Of a stretch of DNA of 64,000 nt, positions 55,250-64,000 are shown in pieces. This stretch comes from an uncultured delta proteobacterium (GTDB lineage: Bacteria > Myxococcota_A > Polyangia > Palsa-1104), in NCBI GenBank assembly GCA_963785725.1, contig CAWAWS010000039.1:256001-320000 (forward strand). Reading direction: 5' to 3'. Below the pieces are notes generated by a model. That model saw only the letters and a list, made by a program, of their open reading frames with translations, ran no database searches and was not told where the DNA came from. Within the stretch, counting starts at the first letter, position 1. Every line of letters begins with the position of its first letter. The position numbers and the translations under genes were made by a program.

Positions 55250-57114
55250 TGCGCGCGGCTGGTGACATCTTGCTCGTCTCGACGTACGAGCTTGGTCACC
55301 AGCCGCTGCACCTTGCGTCGCCGCTGGCGTTCCTCGAGCGCGATGGCTATCGGCCGCGCGCGGTCGATGTCTCCGTCGAGCCGCTCGACGACGAGGCGAT
55401 CCGGCGGGCGCGCTTCGTCGCCGTCGCCGTTCCGATGCACACGGCGCTGCGGTTGGGCGCGGAGGTGGGGGCGCGCGTCAAGGCGCTGAATCCGACGGCG
55501 CACCTCTGCTACTTCGGTCTCTACGCGCCGCTCAATCGTGAATATTTGCGGCAGCACGGCGCAGACTCGGTTCTCGGCGGCGAGTACGAAGCGGCGTTGG
55601 TCGCGGTCGTCCGCGCGGCGGAATTGGTTAAACCAATTGCCGTGCTCGTCGCAGCCGTTGCGGCCGCGTTGCCCGTAGCGCCGGAGCCGGCCCACGCGAG
55701 CGAAATCGGCGCCGCTGAATTGGTCAAACCAATTTCAGCATTGGTTGAACCAATTCCGGGACGAGCGGGCGCGGCTCCACCGATTGCAGCGAGCGAAATC
55801 GGTGCGGCAGAATTGGTTAAACCAATTGTCGCAATGGTTGAACCAATTCCAACGGCGCGTGTCAGCTCAGGTCCGCCGATTCCAGGGGGCGAAAGCGGCG
55901 CGGCAGAATTGGTTAAACCACTCGCCGGCGAACGAACGACGGCGGTCCGCTCGGCAGCTACAGGCACGGTCGGCGGGATTGAGCTGGGCGAGCCCTGTGC
56001 TGCCGGACGATCGGACGATGCGGGCTCGGCCGAGAAGGCCGCCGACCGTCCAGGCGAATTGGTTAAACCAATTTCGGAAATGGTTGAACCAATCGTGCTC
56101 GAGCGGTTGGACTTTCCCGTGCCGTCGCGAGCGCGGCTGCCGCTGCTGTCCCGATATGCGCGGCTCGAAGTCGACGGCGAGGCGCGGCTCGCGGGCTATG
56201 CCGAGGCGAGTCGCGGCTGCCTGCACCATTGTCGACATTGCCCGATTCCGCCCGTGTACGAAGGGCGCTTTTTCGTCGTTCCCATCGAGACGGTGGTCGC
56301 CGATGTCGCGCAGCAAGTGGCCGCCGGCGCTCGTCACGTCACGCTCGGCGACCCCGATTTCTTCAACGGGCCGGGCCACGCCATGGCGGTGGCGCGCGCG
56401 ATCCACGCCGCACATCCGTCGCTGACGTTCGATGTCACGATCAAGGTCGAGCACATCTTGCGGCGGCGGGCGCTGTTCGGTGAGCTGGCAACGCTCGGCT
56501 GTGCCTTCGTCGTTAGCGCCGTCGAGTCGACGTCAGACACGGTCTTGCGGCTGCTCGACAAGGGCCACACGCGCGCCGATCTCGACGAGGCGCTCGCCAT
56601 CCTCGACGCAGCCGGTCTGCCGCTGCGGCCGACGTGGTTGCCGTTCACGCCTTGGACGACGCTCGACGACTACCTCGACATGCTCGATTGGATCGAGTCG
56701 CACGCGATGATCGATCACGTCGATCTCGTGCAGCTGGCGGTGCGGCTGCTGATTCCGCCGGGCTCGAAGCTGCTGTCGCTGCCGGAGATGCAAGCGGTGC
56801 TCGGTCCGCTCGAGCCCGAGAAGCTGAGCTACGCCTGGACGCATCCCGATCCGCGCATGGATCGGCTGGCGCACGACGTCTTCAGCGCCGTGGCCGAGGG
56901 GGCGCATTTTGCCGACGTGCGCGCGCTGGCGCGAGCGGCGGCGGCGCTGCCGCAGCTGTCGACGACGGCGATCGTGCACAAGCGCGTTCGCGGCCGGCCG
57001 CCGCGCCTGAGCGAATCCTGGTTCTGTTGAGCGGAACCCACAGCGAGCCAGTTCGGCGCGCTAAAGACTTCAGCCGTTGACCCGCTCCCGGAATTGGTTA
57101 AACCAATTCCGTAG
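55249..57114 (+). CDS. CUAEP/CCAEP-tail radical SAM selenoprotein (UGA at 57028-57030 read as Sec)
   Basis: N-terminal STYELGHQP B12-binding-like domain, ASRGCLHHCRHC (CxxxCxxC), C-terminus WFC-TGA-AEP with downstream hairpin; next in-frame stop TAG at 57112-57114. Confidence 0.85.
57042..57062 (+). other. Putative bacterial SECIS hairpin
   Basis: AGCGAGCC-AGTTC-GGCGCGCT stem-loop starting 11 nt after the in-frame TGA. Confidence 0.6.
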
Positions 57115-57369
57115 TGCGCTTAGTGCCCGTCGCGTGGGCCACATCTGCCCGACTCATTTTCGATCATCTCTGCGCCCGCAGATACATCGGGGCATCTTCA
57201 TGCACGATCAGCGTGCGAAGGATCAGGCATCTTCATTCACGATCAGCGTGGGAAGGCTCATTCACGAGGGTCGCTGCGATGGATCACGGCGCAAGGTCTG
57301 ACGGTGCTCGGCAGTTGGTCGAACTGGTCGGCTCGAGCGTAGGAATGGTTTAACCAATCCGATAAATGG

Positions 57370-58641
57370 TTAAACCAATTTTGGGAGCAGCGGGGTTATG
57401 TCGAGCTCGAGGTGGCGATGGGCCTGACGCAGCGCCGCTTCGACCTCTGCAGGCGTCTCGCCGCGCGCGAAAATGAAGCCGAGGTAGCTCGCGCCCTCGG
57501 GCAGGGGCACGAGGACTTCGCCCGGCCGCGCAGAGATGGTCACGTCTTCGATGAGCGGCACTCGGCGCGCTTCGTCGACGCTGCGAACCTCGGCCAAGAT
57601 GCCGCCGGACGGAATCGGAATCATCATGACGCCCGCCGCGCCCTGTCGCTCGAGCGCGCCCAGATCGTGCCCGAGCGCGGCGCGAATGACGATCTCCTCC
57701 AGCGAAGTCGCGCCCAAACCGAACCGCAACGTGCGCGCGCACAGGCCGCCGATCGAGCGCGCCGCCACCTCGATGACGACGGGGCCAGCCGGCGACAGCC
57801 GCAGCTCGGCGTGAATCGGACCGTTGGTTAAACCAATCGCGACTGCCGCCTGCGCGGCCTCCGTCTCGATCGCGCGCTGCAACGATGGCGCGTGGCGCGA
57901 CGGCGTCACATAGATCGTCTCCTCGAAGAAGGGGCCGTCGAGCGGATCGGGTTTGTCGAACAGCGCCAGCGTTGTCAGCTCACCGTCGCGCAAGATCCCT
58001 TCCAGCGCCACCTCGGCGCCAGGCACGAAATCCTCGACGAGGATACGCTGCCCGTCCGGATCTTCGACCGCGCGCAAGGCCGGCGTCTGCAGCAGCGCGC
58101 GCAACCGCCGCCACGCGACGACGAGCTCGGCCGCCGAGTTGGCGCGCATGACGCCGCGGCTCCCCGAGCACAGCAGCGGCTTGATGACGACAGGCCAGCG
58201 ATTGGTTAAACCATTGGCGACCACGTCGGGCGAATCCTGCGCGTCGAAGACGGCGCTGGCCGGGTTGGCGACGCCCGCCCGCGACAACGCCGCGCGCATG
58301 AGCCGCTTGTTGCGCGCCGTGGCGGCCGCGCCGACGGAGTTGCCGCGCAGACCCAGTCGTGCCGCGGCGCGCGCCGCGATATCGGCTGTCGGCTCGTCGG
58401 TGGCGATGATGGCGTCGAATGGTTTAACCATTGCCTCGCGCACGATCGCGTCCGTCGTTTCCTCTTCGTGGCGGAACTCGAGCGGCAGCGATCCGCCGAA
58501 CGCAGCGCGAGGCCAAATCTCGGCCAGCTCGTGGCAACGATTGGTACCGAGCACCGCTTCGACCCCGACGCGGTCGGCGGCGCGCAGGAAATCGTCACCC
58601 CGGTAGGAAGTGGTCGACGACAGAACGAGGACTCGACCCAT
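57370..58641 (-). CDS. ATP-grasp domain protein (L-amino acid ligase-like)
   Basis: ARNKRLMR, VVIKP...GSRGV, VEDFVPGAE, HAELR, IEVAARSIGG. Confidence 0.9.
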   Translation of the reverse strand: MGRVLVLSSTTSYRGDDFLRAADRVGVEAVLGTNRCHELAEIWPRAAFGGSLPLEFRHEEETTDAIVREAMVKPFDAIIATDEPTADIAARAAARLGLRGNSVGAAATARNKRLMRAALSRAGVANPASAVFDAQDSPDVVANGLTNRWPVVIKPLLCSGSRGVMRANSAAELVVAWRRLRALLQTPALRAVEDPDGQRILVEDFVPGAEVALEGILRDGELTTLALFDKPDPLDGPFFEETIYVTPSRHAPSLQRAIETEAAQAAVAIGLTNGPIHAELRLSPAGPVVIEVAARSIGGLCARTLRFGLGATSLEEIVIRAALGHDLGALERQGAAGVMMIPIPSGGILAEVRSVDEARRVPLIEDVTISARPGEVLVPLPEGASYLGFIFARGETPAEVEAALRQAHRHLELDITPLLPKLV

Positions 58642-58674
58642 GGATTATCGCCAATAATGTGATAACAGATCCGC

Positions 58675-59415
58675 GTGCTGTCCATCGTCGTTGCCATTCT
58701 GTCGGGTGTCTTCGTCGGCGCGCTGTTCCGATTGACCCACCTCGTCCACTCGTTCGCCGGGACCATCCTGCCCGGCGTGCTGGCGACGATCGTGGCGGCG
58801 ATCTTCCTGTTCCGGCGCGTCAGTGCATTGGTCAATCCAGTCGTCGAGGAGGCGCAGCGGCATCTGAAGGGCGGCCGCGCCGAGCTGGCGCTGAAGTCGC
58901 TGCGCGACGCGCTGCGTTTCGGCCGCTGGCACCCGATGCTGGAGCCGCAATTGCGTACACAAATCGGCCTGTTGCTCTATCAGCAGGGCGATATGGACGC
59001 GGCCATCACCGAGCTCGAGCGCGGCGCGTCGCGGCCCTGGGAATCGCCGGCGTTTTTGGGCTGCGCGTACTACAAGAAGCGCGACGACGCGAAGATGACC
59101 GCGGCGTTCGAGAAGGCCGTCAAAGCGGGCGAAAAAGAGGGCCTGTGCTGGACGGTCTACGCTTGGTGTCTGGCGTCGCGGAGCAAGAAGGCGGAAGCGA
59201 CCGCGGTGTTGAAGCGCGCCATCGCGAAGCTGCCGGCGGACGAGCGGTTGCAGGGCAACTTGGAGCTCGTCGAGGCAGGCAAGAAGATGAAGGTCGTGCC
59301 CTACGGTGACCGCTGGGCGCATTTTGGGCTCGACGGCGCCAAGCCCGGCGTGCCGAAGGCGATGCGCGGCTTCGCGCAGCGCCCGGGTTTCCGTCAGCGC
59401 CCGACGCGACGGTAG
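58675..59415 (+). CDS. Membrane-anchored TPR-like protein
   Basis: Two N-terminal TM helices followed by helical repeats. Confidence 0.7.
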   Translation: MLSIVVAILSGVFVGALFRLTHLVHSFAGTILPGVLATIVAAIFLFRRVSALVNPVVEEAQRHLKGGRAELALKSLRDALRFGRWHPMLEPQLRTQIGLLLYQQGDMDAAITELERGASRPWESPAFLGCAYYKKRDDAKMTAAFEKAVKAGEKEGLCWTVYAWCLASRSKKAEATAVLKRAIAKLPADERLQGNLELVEAGKKMKVVPYGDRWAHFGLDGAKPGVPKAMRGFAQRPGFRQRPTRR

Positions 59416-59958
59416 CTCCGTTCGTTTCGTAGCCGCGCATTTCGTCGACGCCTCAGCCTTCGACGGGATGCCGAACGATGCCTGGCCGCTTACGCGTCGA
59501 CAGGGTTTGACCCGGCAAGCCTGCTTGCCGATTGGTTAAACCAATTTGCTGAGCGGCTGGCGGCGAGCGCCGTCCAGCAGCCAACCTGCCCTGAATTCGT
59601 ACGCCGGCCCAATCCGCGCATGGATAATGGTTAAACCAATTCTAGTTGGACTCGGCTGCATGCCGCGAGCCGCGCGCTCCACGTTTGAATAATTGGTTAA
59701 ACCAATATCGGTGGATTCGGGTGCGTGACCGGACCGCTGCGCGTGTTCGTACGAGTAAACTGGGTAACCATTCGACAGTGAAGCTGGACGTCGACCGGCT
59801 CCGCGTTCGCTACCGAATGGGCGATGAATCCTTGCGGCGACGCTGCCCGCGTACGCGTGGAGAATTGGTTTAACCATTCTCGCCGAGTCGAAGCCGTCTC
59901 GTTTATGCGCGGACGCGGAGAGTTGGTTTAGCCAATGGATGGCGACGTCGGCCGCTGC

Positions 59959-61977
59959 TTACGCCGTGCCGAGTGCGCTCCAGAGCGGCGCCGTCCGGCG
60001 TGTCACCAGGCCGAGCTCCTGCATCAGGGCGTAGACCTTGGCCAGCGAATCGAGTGTCACGCGGCGATAGGCGCGATTGTTCGTGAACGCCTCGGCGACG
60101 ACGGACGCGGGAATGTCGAACTCCCGGATCAGCGCTGGCGGCGGTCGTAGCATCAGCTCGGCCGTGATGCGGAGAATGACGGGGGCCGTTGCCGCCAGCG
60201 CCATCCGTTTTAACGGATGCAAGCGCGGCACATACTCGCGCAGGAAGCTGCGCGCGAAGCATAGGTGGCGCGCCTCCTCGGTGACGTGGATTTGCGAGAT
60301 CCTCCGCAATAACGGATGGAGGTTGGGCTGGCCTGAAAGCGCCAGGCGCTGCGCGTGATCGATGGGATCTTCGCCGCCAAGCACGAACACGAAGAACAGC
60401 TCGGGAAAGCGCGCGGCCAAGCCGGCGACGCGCGTGCCCAGCCAGGCGAGCCGCGGCGTGAGGCCGCTGATGTCGAAGCGGCTGCGGCGGACGAACTCGG
60501 AGAACATCATCGAGTGGTGCGATTCCTCGATGAGCTCGTGATAGGCGTAGCGATGCTCGGGTGACTGCTCGGAGCGCGAGAGGATGAACAGCAAGAGGCC
60601 GCGGCTGAGGACGTTTTCGAACTGCACGCCGACCTTCATGAACGTCGCGACGCGATAGAGGCCGATGCGCGCGCGTTCCGCCGGCGGCTTGGCGCGGTAC
60701 CACGCGGTACCACCGAGCGGATCGTCGGGGCCGAGCTCCCAGCGCGAGTCGTCGTCGCGGACGGCGAAGTCGGGCGCGTCCCAGTCGATGTCGCGGAAGG
60801 CTTCGTAGCGTTTGCTGACCGATTGTCGCGACAGGCGCATCAACAGGGCGTCGTAGGCCTCGCGCGGTGCGCGGTGCTCTTCGTCGGCGACCGTGGGATC
60901 GGCAACGGATGGAGTGGTGGCGGAGTCGCGGGCCGAATCTCGAGCGACGGCCGGGTGACGCTCGTTCGGCGCGGCGGCGACGGACGCATCGCGCGGACCC
61001 GCAGATGACGCGGCGGCGACGGACGCATCGCGCGGAGCCGCAGATGGCGCGGCGACGACCGACGCATCGCGCGGAGCCGCAGATGACGAGGCGGCGACGG
61101 ACGCATCGCGCGGAGCCGCAAATAACGTGGCATCGACCGACGTATCCCGCCGAGCCGGCGATGGCGTGGTGTCGACCGACGTATCTCGCCGAGCCGCAGA
61201 TGACGTGGCGTCGGCCGGCGTGTCTCGCCGAGCTGGAGATGTTGCTGTGGCGACGGACGTGTCCCGCCGAGCCGCAGGTGACGTGGCATCAACCGACGCA
61301 TCCCGCGGACCCGCAGACGACGCGGCGTTGACGGACGTATCCCGAGCCGCCGATGGCGCTGTGTGAACAGGCGCATCCCGGCGAGTTGCAGACGGCGTGG
61401 CGTGAACGGCCTTCCTATGGGTTGCGGCAGCGACGGACGTATCGTGAGGTGTCGCAGCTGGACCGGCGGCGAGGTGCATATCGCGAATGGCAGTGGCGGA
61501 CGGCGCGTCGACGCGCATATCGCGATGAGTTGCGGATAACGGCGCATCGACGTGCACATCGCGACGAGTCGCAGATTGCGCGGAGTCGAAGGACGCATCG
61601 CGAGTGGCCACGGAAGAGGGGGCGTCGAGATGTGTATCGCGAGTGGCCGCGGAAGAGGGGGCGTCGAGATGTGTATCGGGAGTGGCCGCGGAAGAGGGGG
61701 CGTCGAGATGTGTATCGCGAGTGGCCGCGGAAGAGGGGGCGTCGAGATGTGTATCGCGAGTGGCCGCGGAAGACGGGGCGTCGACGTCTGTATCGCGAGT
61801 GGCCGCGGAACCCGGAGCGCTGACGGCAGCCGCGGCCGCGGATTCGGCCTCGGTGGCGGCTGCCGTGCCGTCGCCGGCGCCAGCGCGCCCGGCCGTGCCC
61901 GGCGCGCCATCGGCGGGCAGGTCGCGCATCGCCGCGGAAGACTCGTCGTTGCCGGTACGATCGACGGGGAGCTTCAT
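59959..61977 (-). CDS. AurF-like di-iron oxygenase with long N-terminal 13-aa repeat extension
   Basis: HELIEESHHSMMF, GEDPID, IHVTEEARH; ATG overlaps TetR stop. Confidence 0.85.
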   Translation of the reverse strand: MKLPVDRTGNDESSAAMRDLPADGAPGTAGRAGAGDGTAAATEAESAAAAAVSAPGSAATRDTDVDAPSSAATRDTHLDAPSSAATRDTHLDAPSSAATPDTHLDAPSSAATRDTHLDAPSSVATRDASFDSAQSATRRDVHVDAPLSATHRDMRVDAPSATAIRDMHLAAGPAATPHDTSVAAATHRKAVHATPSATRRDAPVHTAPSAARDTSVNAASSAGPRDASVDATSPAARRDTSVATATSPARRDTPADATSSAARRDTSVDTTPSPARRDTSVDATLFAAPRDASVAASSSAAPRDASVVAAPSAAPRDASVAAASSAGPRDASVAAAPNERHPAVARDSARDSATTPSVADPTVADEEHRAPREAYDALLMRLSRQSVSKRYEAFRDIDWDAPDFAVRDDDSRWELGPDDPLGGTAWYRAKPPAERARIGLYRVATFMKVGVQFENVLSRGLLLFILSRSEQSPEHRYAYHELIEESHHSMMFSEFVRRSRFDISGLTPRLAWLGTRVAGLAARFPELFFVFVLGGEDPIDHAQRLALSGQPNLHPLLRRISQIHVTEEARHLCFARSFLREYVPRLHPLKRMALAATAPVILRITAELMLRPPPALIREFDIPASVVAEAFTNNRAYRRVTLDSLAKVYALMQELGLVTRRTAPLWSALGTA
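60970..61810. repeat. About 21 degenerate 39-bp tandem repeats (DTHLDAPSSAATR-like)
   Basis: Period 39 (e.g. 61623, 61662, 61701, 61740). Confidence 0.9.
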
Positions 61978-62585
61978 GGTTGACCTCCGGGAAAAGCGAA
62001 CGTGGTGAGCAGCTTCATCCCCTGCAGAACATCGTCGGCGCGCGCCCGCGACGGTGTGACCAGCAGTCGATCGAGCGCCAACCCCTGCAGCAGCGCGAAC
62101 GTGAAGCGCGGCGCGATCTCGAAGAACGGATTGGTCACGTCCGGCGGCGGAAACACCTGCCGGAACGTGCGCTCGACCTGCATCGCCGCGCGGCTCCCGA
62201 GCTCGCGCACGCGCCGGCCCAGCGTCGGATCGGTGCGCCCGGCCACCGCCAGCTCGAGCCACGCGTAAAACGGCTCGCTGCCGATCATCTTCCACAGCAG
62301 GTCGATGGCGGCGACGGCGCGATCGGCCGTCGGCGGCAGTCGCGCGAACGTGTCGAGGAACTCCTGGTTGCGCCGTTCGAACAGATGCTCGACGGCCGCC
62401 AGCACGAGCTCCTCCTTCGTCGGAAAATGATGGAGCTGCGCGCCGCGCGACACGCCCGCGCGCTCCGCGACAGTCGAGGTCGTCAGGTGCGCGTAGCCGA
62501 GCTCGATGAGGCAGTCGATCGTCGCGTCGAGTAGGCGCGATTGCGTCTCGGCGCTGCGTTCCTCTTGGGTGCGGCGTGCCTTCAC
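61974..62585 (-). CDS. TetR/AcrR-family regulator
   Basis: RRTQEERS..LLDATIDCL..GY..VAERAGVSRGAQLHHFPTKEEL. Confidence 0.93.
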   Translation of the reverse strand: MKARRTQEERSAETQSRLLDATIDCLIELGYAHLTTSTVAERAGVSRGAQLHHFPTKEELVLAAVEHLFERRNQEFLDTFARLPPTADRAVAAIDLLWKMIGSEPFYAWLELAVAGRTDPTLGRRVRELGSRAAMQVERTFRQVFPPPDVTNPFFEIAPRFTFALLQGLALDRLLVTPSRARADDVLQGMKLLTTFAFPGGQP

Positions 62586-62604
62586 CGGACGATCCGTAAC
62601 GCCG

Positions 62605-62640
62605 ACATAACAAACAGTCAAGTCTGCTTGTTTGTTGTGT
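62605..62640. promoter_or_regulatory. Putative TetR operator
   Basis: Inverted repeat ACATAACAAACA-N12-TGTTTGTTGTGT just upstream of tetR. Confidence 0.65.
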
Positions 62641-63105
62641 CCCGCGGCGAGCCCTCGATTTGGCGCGGCAAAGGCGTCATTCCGCGACACAGGGTGGTCG
62701 GTACGTGGTCTCGATTGCGCGGCGCCGACTGCGCAGCACAGGCGTCATTCAGCCACGCGGCTGAAAGCACGGAAGGCACATATCGGAGCGTATCGGCGCG
62801 CATGTGAGGCAGCGGCCGTGAAGGCGGCAGCGACGAATCGAAGGCGGCCTCCATCAAAAGCAGACGACAGCGACGGCTCGCTATCCGCGCCCGTCGAAGC
62901 TTGAGCCGCGGACAGCGGAGGCGTCGTCGCGAATATCGAAGCATCGTCGCGGACACGAAAAATGGAGCCGCGAACATTGGTTGAGGTTGCGGGCGGGCGG
63001 AGATTGAACGCAGCAGTCGCGGACATCAAAGGGTACGCGGCCGGATACGGGCCGCTGGCCTAGGCGGTGAGCTCGAGGCCAATGCCTTCGGCAGCTGCCG
63101 GGTCG

Positions 63106-64000
63106 TTATGGGAGGTCGACGGGCTGGGCCAGCGCGTACTGCAGCGCCGCCGGAATGTCGTCGGGTGCGAGGCCGATCCAGAAGACGTGCCAGTCGGCGA
63201 AGCGCATCATGCCGTCGCACAGCTTGACGTACCAAGGTCCGATGGCGTTGGCTGCGCGCGCGCGCCAGAAAATGCGCGGATAGTCGCTCGCCAGCGCTTG
63301 CCACAAGTCGCGCCCGATGCCTTCGCCTTGCGCCTCGGCGTCGACCGCGAACTTCGACAAATACGCGCCCAGCGGAGTCTCGACGACGAGCGCGGCGCCG
63401 CGCCAGCCGTGATCGTCGGGATCCTGCGCGCGATCGGACGCGTCGATCGCATGCGCCGCCGCGGCGCGGCTCGCGGCGACGACGTCGTCGGCCGCGGCGC
63501 GTTGTTCGACCGGCGTGCTCGCCGCGCCCTGCGCGGCCGCAACGTCTGCCGCCGCGCGCCCGCTCGGCGTTGCCCGCTCAGTCGGCGCGCTCGCCGGCGC
63601 GCGCCCGACAGTCACGTCGGCCGCCGCGCGCCCGACGGCCGCGTCTGCCGCCGCGCGTGCGACGGGCGCGTCGGTCGCGTCGCCGCGCGGCACCATCGCC
63701 ACGTACGCCCGCGCGATCGGCCGCGCAAAGAAGTCGTCGACCGGCGGCCGCCCGAAGCTGCGCGTCAACAGCGCCCGCAGCCGCTCGCGATCGACATCGC
63801 CGAAGTCGCGCCGCTCGACAATCGCCCCCCGTCGCAGCAGCGTACCGGCGCCCTTGATCGTAAACAGCTCGCGAAACAAATTGAGCGGCGACGTGATGGC
63901 GATCGACAGCCGATGCGGCGTCCGCTCGACCAGCCGGCGCGACTCCTCGACGAGCGCCCGCTCCTTGCGCGACAGCTCCTTCGACTGCGCCAACGCCGTG
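63106..64000 (-). CDS. N-acetylglutamate synthase/kinase (DUF619 GNAT domain), C-terminal part, with Ala-rich insert
   Basis: ITSPLNLFRELFTIKGAGTL, YLSKFAV..AQGEGIGRDLW, IFWRAR..N.I..WY. Confidence 0.8.
   Translation of the reverse strand, partial: TALAQSKELSRKERALVEESRRLVERTPHRLSIAITSPLNLFRELFTIKGAGTLLRRGAIVERRDFGDVDRERLRALLTRSFGRPPVDDFFARPIARAYVAMVPRGDATDAPVARAAADAAVGRAAADVTVGRAPASAPTERATPSGRAAADVAAAQGAASTPVEQRAAADDVVAASRAAAAHAIDASDRAQDPDDHGWRGAALVVETPLGAYLSKFAVDAEAQGEGIGRDLWQALASDYPRIFWRARAANAIGPWYVKLCDGMMRFADWHVFWIGLAPDDIPAALQYALAQPVDLP

Overview
GC-rich bacterial chromosomal window whose gene content suggests Myxococcota/Polyangia (inference). In order: partial YafY/WYL regulator; TraB-like OmpA/TSP3 protein; FHA-TPR protein; ctpA-envC-ftsX-ftsE; a frameshifted class II ribonucleotide reductase (nrdJ); rlmKL region; a heptose (gmhA, hldE, gmhB) plus Wzm/Wzt glycan cluster; a sigma-54 FHA activator; an exopolysaccharide/lipid-transport region (MMPL, Wzc/Wzz-like, GT4); histidine phosphatase, APC permease, YggX and a radical SAM gene facing an ATP-grasp gene; an AurF-like di-iron oxygenase with TetR; and a partial N-acetylglutamate synthase. 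The standout unexplained signal is a cluster of 26 exact and about 8 near-exact copies (manual count) of the AT-rich palindrome TGGTTNAACCA, often extended to AATTGGTTAAACCAATT. They are confined to 48.4-59.9 kb, run through unrelated genes on both strands and in all three frames, and show 21-bp and about 117-bp spacing. This is a candidate undescribed centromere-like or protein-loading domain. The radical SAM gene is also a probable selenoprotein (C-U-A-E-P tail with a SECIS-like hairpin). Many tandem repeats are present. No rRNA, tRNA, CRISPR array or transposase was recognised.
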